NCBI GenBank assembly: GCA_045587105.1
Contig: JAZNBR010000056.1
Location: 479-64,478, forward strand
DNA length: 64,000 nt
From: Ruminococcus sp.
GTDB lineage: Bacteria; Bacillota; Clostridia; Oscillospirales; Ruminococcaceae
Reading direction: 5' to 3'
The notes under the pieces were generated by a model. It saw nothing but the letters and a program-made list of their open reading frames with translations, ran no database searches and was not told the origin of the DNA. How positions within the stretch are numbered: the first letter of the stretch is position 1; each line of letters opens with the position of its first letter. Shown piece by piece: positions 44,707-52,987 of the stretch. The position numbers were made by a program, and so were the translations under genes.

Positions 44707-45427
44707 TTTTTCCTCCGTATTCTTCCGTGAATTCTTCAAGCGATCCGTTATACACATTGAAATCAATACATTCCTCGTCGCCGTCATAGCCTTCAAGACT
44801 GCCGGAATCGCAGTACTGCCAGAACTTCCAGTCAATGAGGTCAGGCTCCATGTTGACGCTTCTTATCCAGAGGGGATAGTCACTGAAACCTTCTTTGATA
44901 TATCGGCAGTATACCGGAAGCGTAGTGTAGATTATTGGTTTTTCGCCGTAGTATTCCTCCAGCTGTTCAAGCAGAGGTCTGAGGATTGCTTCTGTTTCGC
45001 TTTTAGATGGCTTGTTGTTTTTCTTGTCGGCGTAGTATTCGATATCGACCACAGGCGGAATATCAATTTCATTCCTGCCGACAACCGAAATAAAGTTAGC
45101 CGCCTGAGTTTCGCCGGCACTGTCGAAGCTGAAAAAATGATACGCAGAGAGCTTTATATCTGTTGCCGCCGCGTTTTCGAGATTCCTTCTGGCTGATTCA
45201 TCAACATGACCGCTTCCTTCGGTAGCCTTTATGAATGCAAACGATACATCCTGAGCCTCAAGCTGATGCCAGTCGATAAGCCCCTGATAGTTGGAAACAT
45301 CCACGCCGAATACCGGATATTTATCACGGTTCACCCTTGCGGACGAATAATAGCAGGATGCCGTCATTGCCGCTGCGGTGAGGATTCCGCCGGAAGCAAT
45401 ACAGGTTATCTTTTTTATCAAATGCAA
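44693..45427 (-). CDS. GH25 muramidase (lysozyme)
   Basis: 244 aa; TTG start behind AAGGAG; signal/TM N-terminus; GVDVSNYQG...FAFIKATEG...AYHFF. Confidence 0.85.
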   Translation of the reverse strand: MHLIKKITCIASGGILTAAAMTASCYYSSARVNRDKYPVFGVDVSNYQGLIDWHQLEAQDVSFAFIKATEGSGHVDESARRNLENAAATDIKLSAYHFFSFDSAGETQAANFISVVGRNEIDIPPVVDIEYYADKKNNKPSKSETEAILRPLLEQLEEYYGEKPIIYTTLPVYCRYIKEGFSDYPLWIRSVNMEPDLIDWKFWQYCDSGSLEGYDGDEECIDFNVYNGSLEEFTEEYGGKNEAI

Positions 45428-45460
45428 AATATTATCTCCTTTGTTCTTTGTCTACTCTAT

Positions 45461-45489
45461 ATAATACCCTATTTCGGCGAAATAGTCAA
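45461..45489 (-). promoter_or_regulatory. Sigma-A promoter of the GH25 gene with an 8-1-8 palindrome in the spacer
   Basis: Minus strand: TTGACT (45484-89), 17-nt spacer, TATTAT (45461-66). CTATTTCG-G-CGAAATAG at 45469-45485. Confidence 0.55.
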
Positions 45490-45508
45490 CTGTTTTCTAT
45501 AAAATTTT

Positions 45509-45877
45509 GGCACCAGCGGTGCCCCCGATTCACGTTTCCGTGCTTCGCACTCACTCTGTACGGCATGGTCGGTAATAGCTCGCTCGCTTAGATTATTACC
45601 TCGGCAGTCAATTATAAATGCCAGCGGGCAGCGTGACGCTGCACCCGATTCACGTTCCCATGTGCTGACGCACATTCCTCTGTACGGAACGGCAGTCTGC
45701 TATCGCATACGGCAGAATTTTAATGCGGAATTGGCACCAGCGGTGCCCCCGAAACACGTTTCCGTGCTTCGCACTCACTCTGTACGGCATGGTCGGTAAT
45801 AGCTCGCTCGCTTAGACTATTGCCTCGGCAGTCAATTATAAATGCCAGTGGGCAGCGTGACGCTGCCCGCTGGTGCC
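45509..45877. repeat. Mosaic repeat cluster j: full long element 45509-45725, a second L copy 45737-45838, and a nested terminal hairpin
   Basis: About 95% identical to the copies at 962-1175 and 38449-38645. The last hairpin, GGCACCAGYG[GGCAGCGTGACGCTGCC]CGCTGGTGCC, ends directly at the GGDEF gene stop. Confidence 0.92.
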
Positions 45878-47671
45878 TTAGATGTAGGCGTTCTTTTTGA
45901 GCAGAGCAGTGACAGTCCGTCCGATAATAGAGAGATATCCGATATCCGAAACAGACCATTTCTTAAAACGGCTGATATAGCAGAAGGAAATCATTCCCTT
46001 GATAACATTGTTTTCCGTCATGAGATACTGTACAGCACCGCCGATTTTCTGTGCGGTCAGCTGGGCGAAGGCGTTGTCGTCACGGCCTTCAAGCTCGTTC
46101 ACGTTGTCAATAACAAAGATACCGTCGCCGGTAAAACGCTCTGTATAGGCATTTTCAAGGAGATATGCGGCATTCCTCGACTGTGCGTTTCCGCAGCTGA
46201 GAATCAGATTCATATCCTTTCCGGCAAAAACGCAGATATCGTCAATCCCGAACTGCGAGCGTATCTGCTCCAGAAGGACGGAAATATCGGGGATTCTTCC
46301 CAGCACGAGACTTTCCGCAAGCCGTCCCATAAAGCTGAGCGTTTCGGACGAGGAATTATTGTTGCTGAGATATACAATTTTGTTTTCGGCGTCCTTTTCA
46401 ACGGGACCATGCTTTTCGATATCGTAGATAACGTATCTGTTTTGACCCTTCTGCTGTGCTATATACAGGGCTTTGTCCGCCTGCATGAAAAGCTCGTCGT
46501 AGTCGGAGCTGTCCTTCGGATAAGAGGAAATTCCCATTGAGCAGGTCAGCCGGAAATTTTCTGACCGGTCAGCGAAGGCAAATTCCGTGTTCGTGCGGAT
46601 TGCCCTGAGAATACCACGGAGATCCTCCTCGTCCCTGATATCCTCCAGCACGATGAGGAAGCTGCTTCCGCTGATTCTTCCTGCAAGACCTCGTGAGCCT
46701 ATTTCGTTCTTTATGATATCAGCAACACGGTAGATTACCTCGTCCCCGAAAAGATGACCGTAGCTGCTGTTGATTCCGGTGAAGTTGTCGATATCAAGAA
46801 TCACAAGAGCAACGGTGCCGGAGGGCTTTTCCGCAAGAAGCTTTACTGCAAAGGAGGTCACGGAATTCTTGTTGAGAAGTCCGGATATGGAGTCCCTGTT
46901 TGATTCGATAGCGAGGTTGATATCCTTGCTTTTCTGACCGGAGCTTACAACGGAGATAATTCCGCTGACCTTTTTTAATTCGGGAGAATCGCATCGTGTA
47001 ATTCCACGGAAAAGGCAGAGTTCACGTTTTTCTCCGCCGGTCAGGACAGAGGTTTCAATTTCGTGGTCAAAGCGGTACACACCGTTTCTGATATCACGGC
47101 ACAGGCTGTTGAAGGCGTCGGTATAGCGTGACTGGATATATCCTGCGTTGATGGAATCCAGCCGCCATTTTTCGAGGTTTTCCCTTACAAGTACGATTTC
47201 ACGGCAGCAGTCGGACATATAGATTTTAAGCTCCTCGGTTTCAAAGCTGTATTCAAAGGCAAGATCGCTTACAAGGCTGAGGATGTAGCGGTATTCCGAG
47301 ATTTTCCGCTGTCGGAGGTACGCAAGCTGCTCCAGTGAAAAGACATCGCTGAAGGATATGCTGAAAAGCGGTTCATTGCCGGAGGATTGCGGAAGCTTTT
47401 TCACTGCGGCAAGGATATACCGTGTGATTCCGTTGATTCCGGTCATGCGGATTACCGTCCGACGGATTTCTCCCTCCGGAACCTCATTTATACATTCAAG
47501 GATTCTCGGAAAATCCTCGTCTTGTATGGTGCGGCGGATTGAGTAGATGACATCGTTGCCGAAATACCGGAAAAACACCTCGTCAGCACTCTGCGTGTGG
47601 AAGCTTTTATCCACGACAACACGTCCTATGCTGTACATTTCTCCGGTAAGAAATTCTCCTGAGTTTTCCAT
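45878..47671 (-). CDS. GGDEF-domain protein with a degenerate active site (SGSSF) flanked by uncharacterised N- and C-terminal domains
   Basis: 597 aa with GGAGG RBS. The GGDEF fold is evident (ILDIDNFTGINSSYGHLFGDEV...CSMGISSYP...ADKALYIAQQKG). The signature pentapeptide reads SGSSF (46658-46672). Confidence 0.85.
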   Translation of the reverse strand: MENSGEFLTGEMYSIGRVVVDKSFHTQSADEVFFRYFGNDVIYSIRRTIQDEDFPRILECINEVPEGEIRRTVIRMTGINGITRYILAAVKKLPQSSGNEPLFSISFSDVFSLEQLAYLRQRKISEYRYILSLVSDLAFEYSFETEELKIYMSDCCREIVLVRENLEKWRLDSINAGYIQSRYTDAFNSLCRDIRNGVYRFDHEIETSVLTGGEKRELCLFRGITRCDSPELKKVSGIISVVSSGQKSKDINLAIESNRDSISGLLNKNSVTSFAVKLLAEKPSGTVALVILDIDNFTGINSSYGHLFGDEVIYRVADIIKNEIGSRGLAGRISGSSFLIVLEDIRDEEDLRGILRAIRTNTEFAFADRSENFRLTCSMGISSYPKDSSDYDELFMQADKALYIAQQKGQNRYVIYDIEKHGPVEKDAENKIVYLSNNNSSSETLSFMGRLAESLVLGRIPDISVLLEQIRSQFGIDDICVFAGKDMNLILSCGNAQSRNAAYLLENAYTERFTGDGIFVIDNVNELEGRDDNAFAQLTAQKIGGAVQYLMTENNVIKGMISFCYISRFKKWSVSDIGYLSIIGRTVTALLKKNAYI

Positions 47672-47690
47672 GTTTACCTCCTTCTTAATT

Positions 47691-47803
47691 GAGCCGTTAG
47701 CCGTTAGCTATTAGTAGGGTGCGATGCCCACATCGCACCGCATAACATATCACAATTTTTGACGGGCGGATGTAGGCATCCGCCCCTACAAATGGCTAAA
47801 AGC
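47691..47803. repeat. Mosaic repeat cluster k
   Basis: CCGTTAG heptamers, GTAGGG-hairpin doublet 47713-47790 (hairpins identical to cluster c), and a GCTAA remnant. Confidence 0.9.
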
Positions 47804-49240
47804 TTATTTCCTAATTAAAAGAAAATAGTGCAGATTCTTGTCGTAATAAGGGAATTCCTCGTGTGCAATGCAGGTATAATGCTCAAAATCCGGATACTCG
47901 CCTGACGCACTTCTCGTCACGATGAAGTCGGGAATTCCGGCTTCTGCACACCTGCGCTGAGCCTCCCGCATAGCCGGATAGTCAAGGTTATTCCGGCAGA
48001 AATACTTCTGGTCTGGAATAATTCCGGCGGCAAGGTAGAAGCCTCCGTCAAGGAAGCCGTAGTTGAGCAGTGTGGGGGAATCGGTTTTGTTTATGATTTC
48101 AGCAAAACGATACTGCGGAAGCTCCTTTTTGCTGTACTTCATGAGATATGTGTTCGGGCTGAGGAGAAAGGCACCTGTCATGCAGAGTACAAGTGACGCC
48201 GGAGCTGCAAATCTTCCGGCTTTTCGCATGAGATTTTCGGCACAGGGAACTACTGCCGCCCCGAAAATCACGGCAAACGGTGCAAGGATAAGCGGATAAT
48301 AAAGATAGCTAAGATGTCCTGCGAAGGCTCCGAGAAAGGCTGTAATCAGGGATATTCCGCCATATTGCAGATATTTCTTTTTCCGGCGGACAATGGCAGA
48401 GATGATACCGGAGATGATAAGGAGAGTACCTATCGGCAGGAATTTTGCAGTAAAGACGGCTCCGTTTGCAAGATTGGTCAGCAGGGAAGTTCCCTCGCCG
48501 CCGTAGAGGAAGATATTGTTGTAGAAATATACCTCACAAAGGCTGAAAAGAGCGTCATTAGCGGCAAAGTATACTATCACCGGCAGAGAAACTGTCCCTA
48601 CACCGAGGACAATGTAACTGCACATCCGGACAAGGGATGAAATACCGCTTTTCAGGGATATCACGGCAAGTACAAGGAACATACCGATGAAGAATCCAAG
48701 CAGACTGAACTTTGTCCAGAAGATTATTCCGGCGATAATTCCCATAATAAAGGAGCTTTTTCCGGACAGCGGAGCTTCATTTTCTGCGGCTTCAAGTCCG
48801 GTGATAAAAGCACAGAGTATCAGCGGAAGGCAGAATTCCTCTGCACTGTCTCCATGACAGAATGTATACGAGCCATAGACAGTCATTGCGAGAAAGGGAA
48901 TCGCCCACAGAGAGGAATTCCCTGTAAACCGCCACAGAAGCCTGCCGGAAAGCGACAGGAACCATATACAGGCGGCAGCCTCAAAAAGGAAAACGCCGGC
49001 AAACGAGGAATCCGAGAGCATTGCGGCGGCGGCATGGAGCATATACAGCAGAGGTCCCTTGTGCTCAAAGAGGTCACGATAGGGGAGCATTCCCTCCGTC
49101 ATTGCACGTCCGACAGTCATGTAGCAGTTAGCGTCAACCCAGTCGTTAAGGGGATAAAGCGGCGAGGATTTCGAGCAGATGAGAATCGTCAGAAATCCTG
49201 TCAGAGCGATAAAAAGCGGGCAGCTGACCTTATTTTTCAT
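47804..49240 (-). CDS. Polytopic membrane glycosyltransferase, GT39/ArnT/PMT_2-like
   Basis: 478 aa, about 12 TM segments. The N-terminal loop (DANCYMTVGRAM...PYRDLFEHKGPL) is typical of the family. Confidence 0.65.
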   Translation of the reverse strand: MKNKVSCPLFIALTGFLTILICSKSSPLYPLNDWVDANCYMTVGRAMTEGMLPYRDLFEHKGPLLYMLHAAAAMLSDSSFAGVFLFEAAACIWFLSLSGRLLWRFTGNSSLWAIPFLAMTVYGSYTFCHGDSAEEFCLPLILCAFITGLEAAENEAPLSGKSSFIMGIIAGIIFWTKFSLLGFFIGMFLVLAVISLKSGISSLVRMCSYIVLGVGTVSLPVIVYFAANDALFSLCEVYFYNNIFLYGGEGTSLLTNLANGAVFTAKFLPIGTLLIISGIISAIVRRKKKYLQYGGISLITAFLGAFAGHLSYLYYPLILAPFAVIFGAAVVPCAENLMRKAGRFAAPASLVLCMTGAFLLSPNTYLMKYSKKELPQYRFAEIINKTDSPTLLNYGFLDGGFYLAAGIIPDQKYFCRNNLDYPAMREAQRRCAEAGIPDFIVTRSASGEYPDFEHYTCIAHEEFPYYDKNLHYFLLIRK

Positions 49241-49249
49241 AATTCTCCT

Positions 49250-49288
49250 ATAAAATACCGCACACGTCCGGAGCAGGAAATGTGCGGT
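49250..49288 (-). terminator. Terminator after the VanY-like gene
   Basis: ACCGCACA-loop-TGTGCGGT; the minus-strand hairpin is followed by ATTTTAT. Confidence 0.65.
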
Positions 49289-49305
49289 TTTAGTGCGTTG
49301 TTAGC

Positions 49306-50388
49306 TTAATAAGCGTACTGCGAGGTTATGCCGAGGTATTCCTCAAGGCACAGACCGCTGTTGTAGACGGCAGTTGCCTTTTCAACGCCGATATAGCGTA
49401 TATGCCAAGGCTCGTACTTGTAGCCGGTGATGTGGTCCTTGCCCTTAGGATAGCGGACGATAAAGCCGTACTTGTGGCAGTTGTTTTCCAGCCAGATAGC
49501 CTCGGGAGTTCCGGTGAAGCTGTCGTCGATGATGTTGCAGTCAATGGCAAGACCTGTCTGATGCTCCGAATGTCCGGGACGTGCCGAGTATGTATCAGCC
49601 TTAGCCTGACCGTCCATTGCAACGTAGTTATTGTATATCTGCCTCTGGGTTTCGTAGGAACGGAATCCGGATGAGCAGTAGATGTTGATATTATCGGCGG
49701 CGGCACCTGAAACGAGATTCATGAATGCGGAATAGCACTCGTTTGTGAGTCCGCCGGGATTATAGCTTGCCGGCAGAGCGTATGTCTTGTTTGCGATGAG
49801 GATTCCCTGTATGTAGGTGACTCCGTCAGCGACAGCTTCTTCCGGAGCCTCCTTTACCGTAACCGCAACGTTTGCACTCACGGCAGGATTGTCATCGGAT
49901 TTTACGGTGATTACGCACATTCCCTCGCCGACAGCCGTGATATTTCCGAGCGAGTCAACTGTTGCAATCTTTTCATCGGAGCTTGTCCAGATTTCCTTTT
50001 TATTTTCGGCTGTTTCGGGAGACATGGTAACGATAGGCATTTTCGATCCGCCGACCGTGAGAGTTGCCTCGTAGAAGGTCAGTGAGATATCCGAAACCTG
50101 AGAAGCTGATGTTGTACCGGAGACTGTCTGTGAGGTACTCTCCGGAAGCTGTCCTGAAACAGGGAGTTCCTCAGCTCCGGCAGCTGTTGAAGCCTGAGAT
50201 GTATTTTCGTCCGTACCGACAGGAATTGTAATTACTTCCGTATCCGTGCCGGACGTGGAAGCTTCACTTCCGGAAACAGTGATATTATTGCCGTTGTCGG
50301 TACGCTCCACCTTTCCGCAGGAATTTGCGGCACATACAGTGAGACAGGCGGCAAGAGCAGAGAATCTTCTGATAAGATTTCCTTTCAT
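49306..50388 (-). CDS. Lipoprotein with a Big_2 domain and an M15B (VanY-type) D,D-carboxypeptidase domain
   Basis: 360 aa; lipobox AANSCG; Big_2 (SSDEKIATVDSLGNITAVGEG); SGFRSYETQ, SEHQTGLAID and EPWHIRY motifs. Confidence 0.85.
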   Translation of the reverse strand: MKGNLIRRFSALAACLTVCAANSCGKVERTDNGNNITVSGSEASTSGTDTEVITIPVGTDENTSQASTAAGAEELPVSGQLPESTSQTVSGTTSASQVSDISLTFYEATLTVGGSKMPIVTMSPETAENKKEIWTSSDEKIATVDSLGNITAVGEGMCVITVKSDDNPAVSANVAVTVKEAPEEAVADGVTYIQGILIANKTYALPASYNPGGLTNECYSAFMNLVSGAAADNINIYCSSGFRSYETQRQIYNNYVAMDGQAKADTYSARPGHSEHQTGLAIDCNIIDDSFTGTPEAIWLENNCHKYGFIVRYPKGKDHITGYKYEPWHIRYIGVEKATAVYNSGLCLEEYLGITSQYAY

Positions 50389-50405
50389 AATGGAACCTTC
50401 TTTCC

Positions 50406-52007
50406 TTACTGGTTCATATTTTTCCTGAATTCGATGAATTCCTCGTAGGTTCCCTGACGGTCAATGCAGCCGTCGGGAGTAATTTCAATAATTCTGTTTG
50501 CTGTTGTCTGGAGAATTTCGTGGTCGTGCGAAGCAAGAAGCACAACGCCCTTGAAGTTGATAAGGCTGTTGTTTACGGCGGTAATGCTTTCAAGATCGAG
50601 GTGGTTTGTAGGTCTGTCGAGAACGAGAGCATTCGAGCCGAAAAGCATCATGCGTGAGAACATGCAGCGTACCTTTTCGCCGCCGGAGAGAACATTTACA
50701 GGCTTGTATACGTCGTCGCCGGAGAAGAGCATTCTTCCGAGGAAGCCTCTGAGGTAGGTTTCAGTTTCGTCCTTGACGGAGTACTGACGGATCCAGTCGA
50801 GGATAGAAAGCTCACAGCCGTTGAAGTAATCGGAGTTGTCAACGGGCATATATGATGTTGAAACCGAAACGCCCCACTTGAACGAGCCGGAATCAGGCTG
50901 TTCCTCCTCCATGAGGATTTTGAAAAGCATTGTGATAGCCTGTTCGCTTTCACCGATGAATGCAACCTTGTCGTTTCTGCCGAGAGTGAAGCTCACGTTG
51001 TCGAGAAGCTTTACACCGTCAACTGTCTTGGAAATTCCATCTACCTGAAGGATATCCTTGCCAAGCTCCCTGTCGATATCGAAGCCGATGAAGGGATATC
51101 TTCTGCTTGAAGCCGGAAGCTCCTCAACGGTAAGCTTTTCGATGAGCTTACGTCTTGATGTAGCCTGATTTGACTTTGATTTATTTGCGGAGAAGCGTGC
51201 GATAAACTCCTTGAGTTCCTTGATTTTCTCCTCGTTTTTCTTGTTCTGCTGTTTTATCATGCGCTGGATAAGCTGGCTTGATTCGTACCAGAATTCGTAG
51301 TTTCCGACATACATCTTGATTTTGTTGTAGTCGATATCCACGATATGGGTGCAGACGTTGTTGAGGAAGTGACGGTCATGGGATACAACGATAACAGTAC
51401 CGAAGTATTCGGCAAGGAAGCCTTCAAGCCACTTTACAGCGTCGATATCGAGGTGGTTTGTAGGCTCATCGAGGAGTATGATGTCGGGATTTCCGAAAAG
51501 AGCCTGTGCAAGAAGAACCTTTACCTTTTCGTTACCGGAGAGAGTTGACATCTGCGAATAGAGGATATCCTCCGGCAGACCGAGTCCCTGAATAAGCTTT
51601 GAAGCGTCAGATTCAGCCTCCCAGCCGTTAAGCTCTGCGAATTCACCTTCAAGCTCAGAAGCCTTTACACCGTCTTCTTCGGTGAAATCCTCCTTAGCAT
51701 AGAGAGCGTCCTTTTCCTGCATAATTTCGTAAAGACGTGCATTTCCCATAATAACCGTATCGAGAACGGTATATTCCTCATAAGCGAAGTGATCCTGTCT
51801 GAGAACGCTGAGACGTTCCTCCTTGGGCATTACGACATCGCCGGAAGCCGGTTCAAGCTCACCGCAGAGAACACGGAGAAAGGTGGATTTTCCGGCACCG
51901 TTTGCACCTATAACGCCGTAGCAGTTGCCGTTTGTGAATTTAAGGTTTACGTTTTTGAAAAGTGTAGTTCCGCCGAACTGAACACTGACATTGCTGACTG
52001 TAATCAT
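50406..52007 (-). CDS. ABC-F family ATPase (YbiT-like, two NBDs, no TMD)
   Basis: 533 aa; Walker A GANGAGKST, plus a second NBD; LSGNEKV/LSGGEKV signatures. Confidence 0.88.
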   Translation of the reverse strand: MITVSNVSVQFGGTTLFKNVNLKFTNGNCYGVIGANGAGKSTFLRVLCGELEPASGDVVMPKEERLSVLRQDHFAYEEYTVLDTVIMGNARLYEIMQEKDALYAKEDFTEEDGVKASELEGEFAELNGWEAESDASKLIQGLGLPEDILYSQMSTLSGNEKVKVLLAQALFGNPDIILLDEPTNHLDIDAVKWLEGFLAEYFGTVIVVSHDRHFLNNVCTHIVDIDYNKIKMYVGNYEFWYESSQLIQRMIKQQNKKNEEKIKELKEFIARFSANKSKSNQATSRRKLIEKLTVEELPASSRRYPFIGFDIDRELGKDILQVDGISKTVDGVKLLDNVSFTLGRNDKVAFIGESEQAITMLFKILMEEEQPDSGSFKWGVSVSTSYMPVDNSDYFNGCELSILDWIRQYSVKDETETYLRGFLGRMLFSGDDVYKPVNVLSGGEKVRCMFSRMMLFGSNALVLDRPTNHLDLESITAVNNSLINFKGVVLLASHDHEILQTTANRIIEITPDGCIDRQGTYEEFIEFRKNMNQ

Positions 52008-52120
52008 GATACCTCCATGGATTATTCTTTCTTCTTATTTTATGCTATTATATCATTATACCATTAAATCAGCGATATGTAAAGCTTTTCGGCGAAAAAA
52101 CATTCATGTCATTTTTATTT

Positions 52121-52261
52121 CGTAGGGGACGGTACTCACGACGTCCCGTTAATTAAACGACATATCATCGGGGCGTCGAAGGCGCCGCCCCCTACACAAT
52201 TATATTTTTCATAAAGTTTTAGTTGTTACAAGGTAGTAGGGGCAACCCATGTGTTCGCCCG
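52121..52261. repeat. Mosaic repeat cluster l
   Basis: GTAGGG-hairpin doublet 52122-52196 plus a third, imperfect hairpin at 52234-52261. Confidence 0.85.
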
Positions 52262-52309
52262 AAAAAACAAACAAATTTCTTAAAACGGTCACATACATAG
52301 GTGTAAACT

Positions 52310-52867
52310 TTAATCTGCGAGATTCCGGACATCAGTAATATTTTTTTCGTTTACGATAGCTTCGGTTATAATTTCATCGAACTGCTGCCGGAATTTATAC
52401 GGTACAAGGTAAGTCGATGTGGTGCAGTCCGACGCACTTTTTCCTGTCTTGATTGATATAGCCGGTTCTTCACTCTGGGTTACATTTTCAAGATCGTCAT
52501 AGCCATAGACCGTCGCCATGCCGGAGGCTATGCGTATAAATCCGACTTCTTTGTTTTTAATGGTCACGGAATATTCTTCACGCAGACCGTGATGTGCCTG
52601 TTCAAAGCCGGAAACATCAAGCTCCGTGATAAATTTATACAAATCGTCGTTACCCCTGATTTTTCCGCTGTATGTGGTTCGGAATGTCCAGTTTTCGTCA
52701 GTGATTCTGCACCAGCCGGTGACGGAGCATTCGTTGAGATCAGCGTCAGCGGTCATATCGCCGATGCGGAAATTAAGCTTTTCTCTGCCGGAAGTATCAG
52801 AAGAAACGGAATTTCTGCATCCGGCAAATAAAAATGTACATAATAATATTGCTATGATTTTTTTCAT
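52310..52867 (-). CDS. Hypothetical lipoprotein
   Basis: ORF trimmed to ATG 52867 (MKKIIAILLCTFLFAGC...) behind AAAGGAG; lipobox LFAGC. Confidence 0.65.
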   Translation of the reverse strand: MKKIIAILLCTFLFAGCRNSVSSDTSGREKLNFRIGDMTADADLNECSVTGWCRITDENWTFRTTYSGKIRGNDDLYKFITELDVSGFEQAHHGLREEYSVTIKNKEVGFIRIASGMATVYGYDDLENVTQSEEPAISIKTGKSASDCTTSTYLVPYKFRQQFDEIITEAIVNEKNITDVRNLAD

Positions 52868-52921
52868 AAAATCAACTCCTTTATAATAAAGTGGCTGGAT
52901 TCTTCGGGAATGATAATTATG

Positions 52922-52978
52922 AAATAAAAAATCAGCCGTATGCACAATTTCACATGGAAATTTTTGTGCATACAGCTG
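52922..52978 (-). terminator. Terminator after the GH5 gene
   Basis: CAGCYGTATGCACAA stem pair; the minus-strand hairpin is followed by ATTTTTTATTT. Confidence 0.75.
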
Positions 52979-52987
52979 AGAGCTGCA

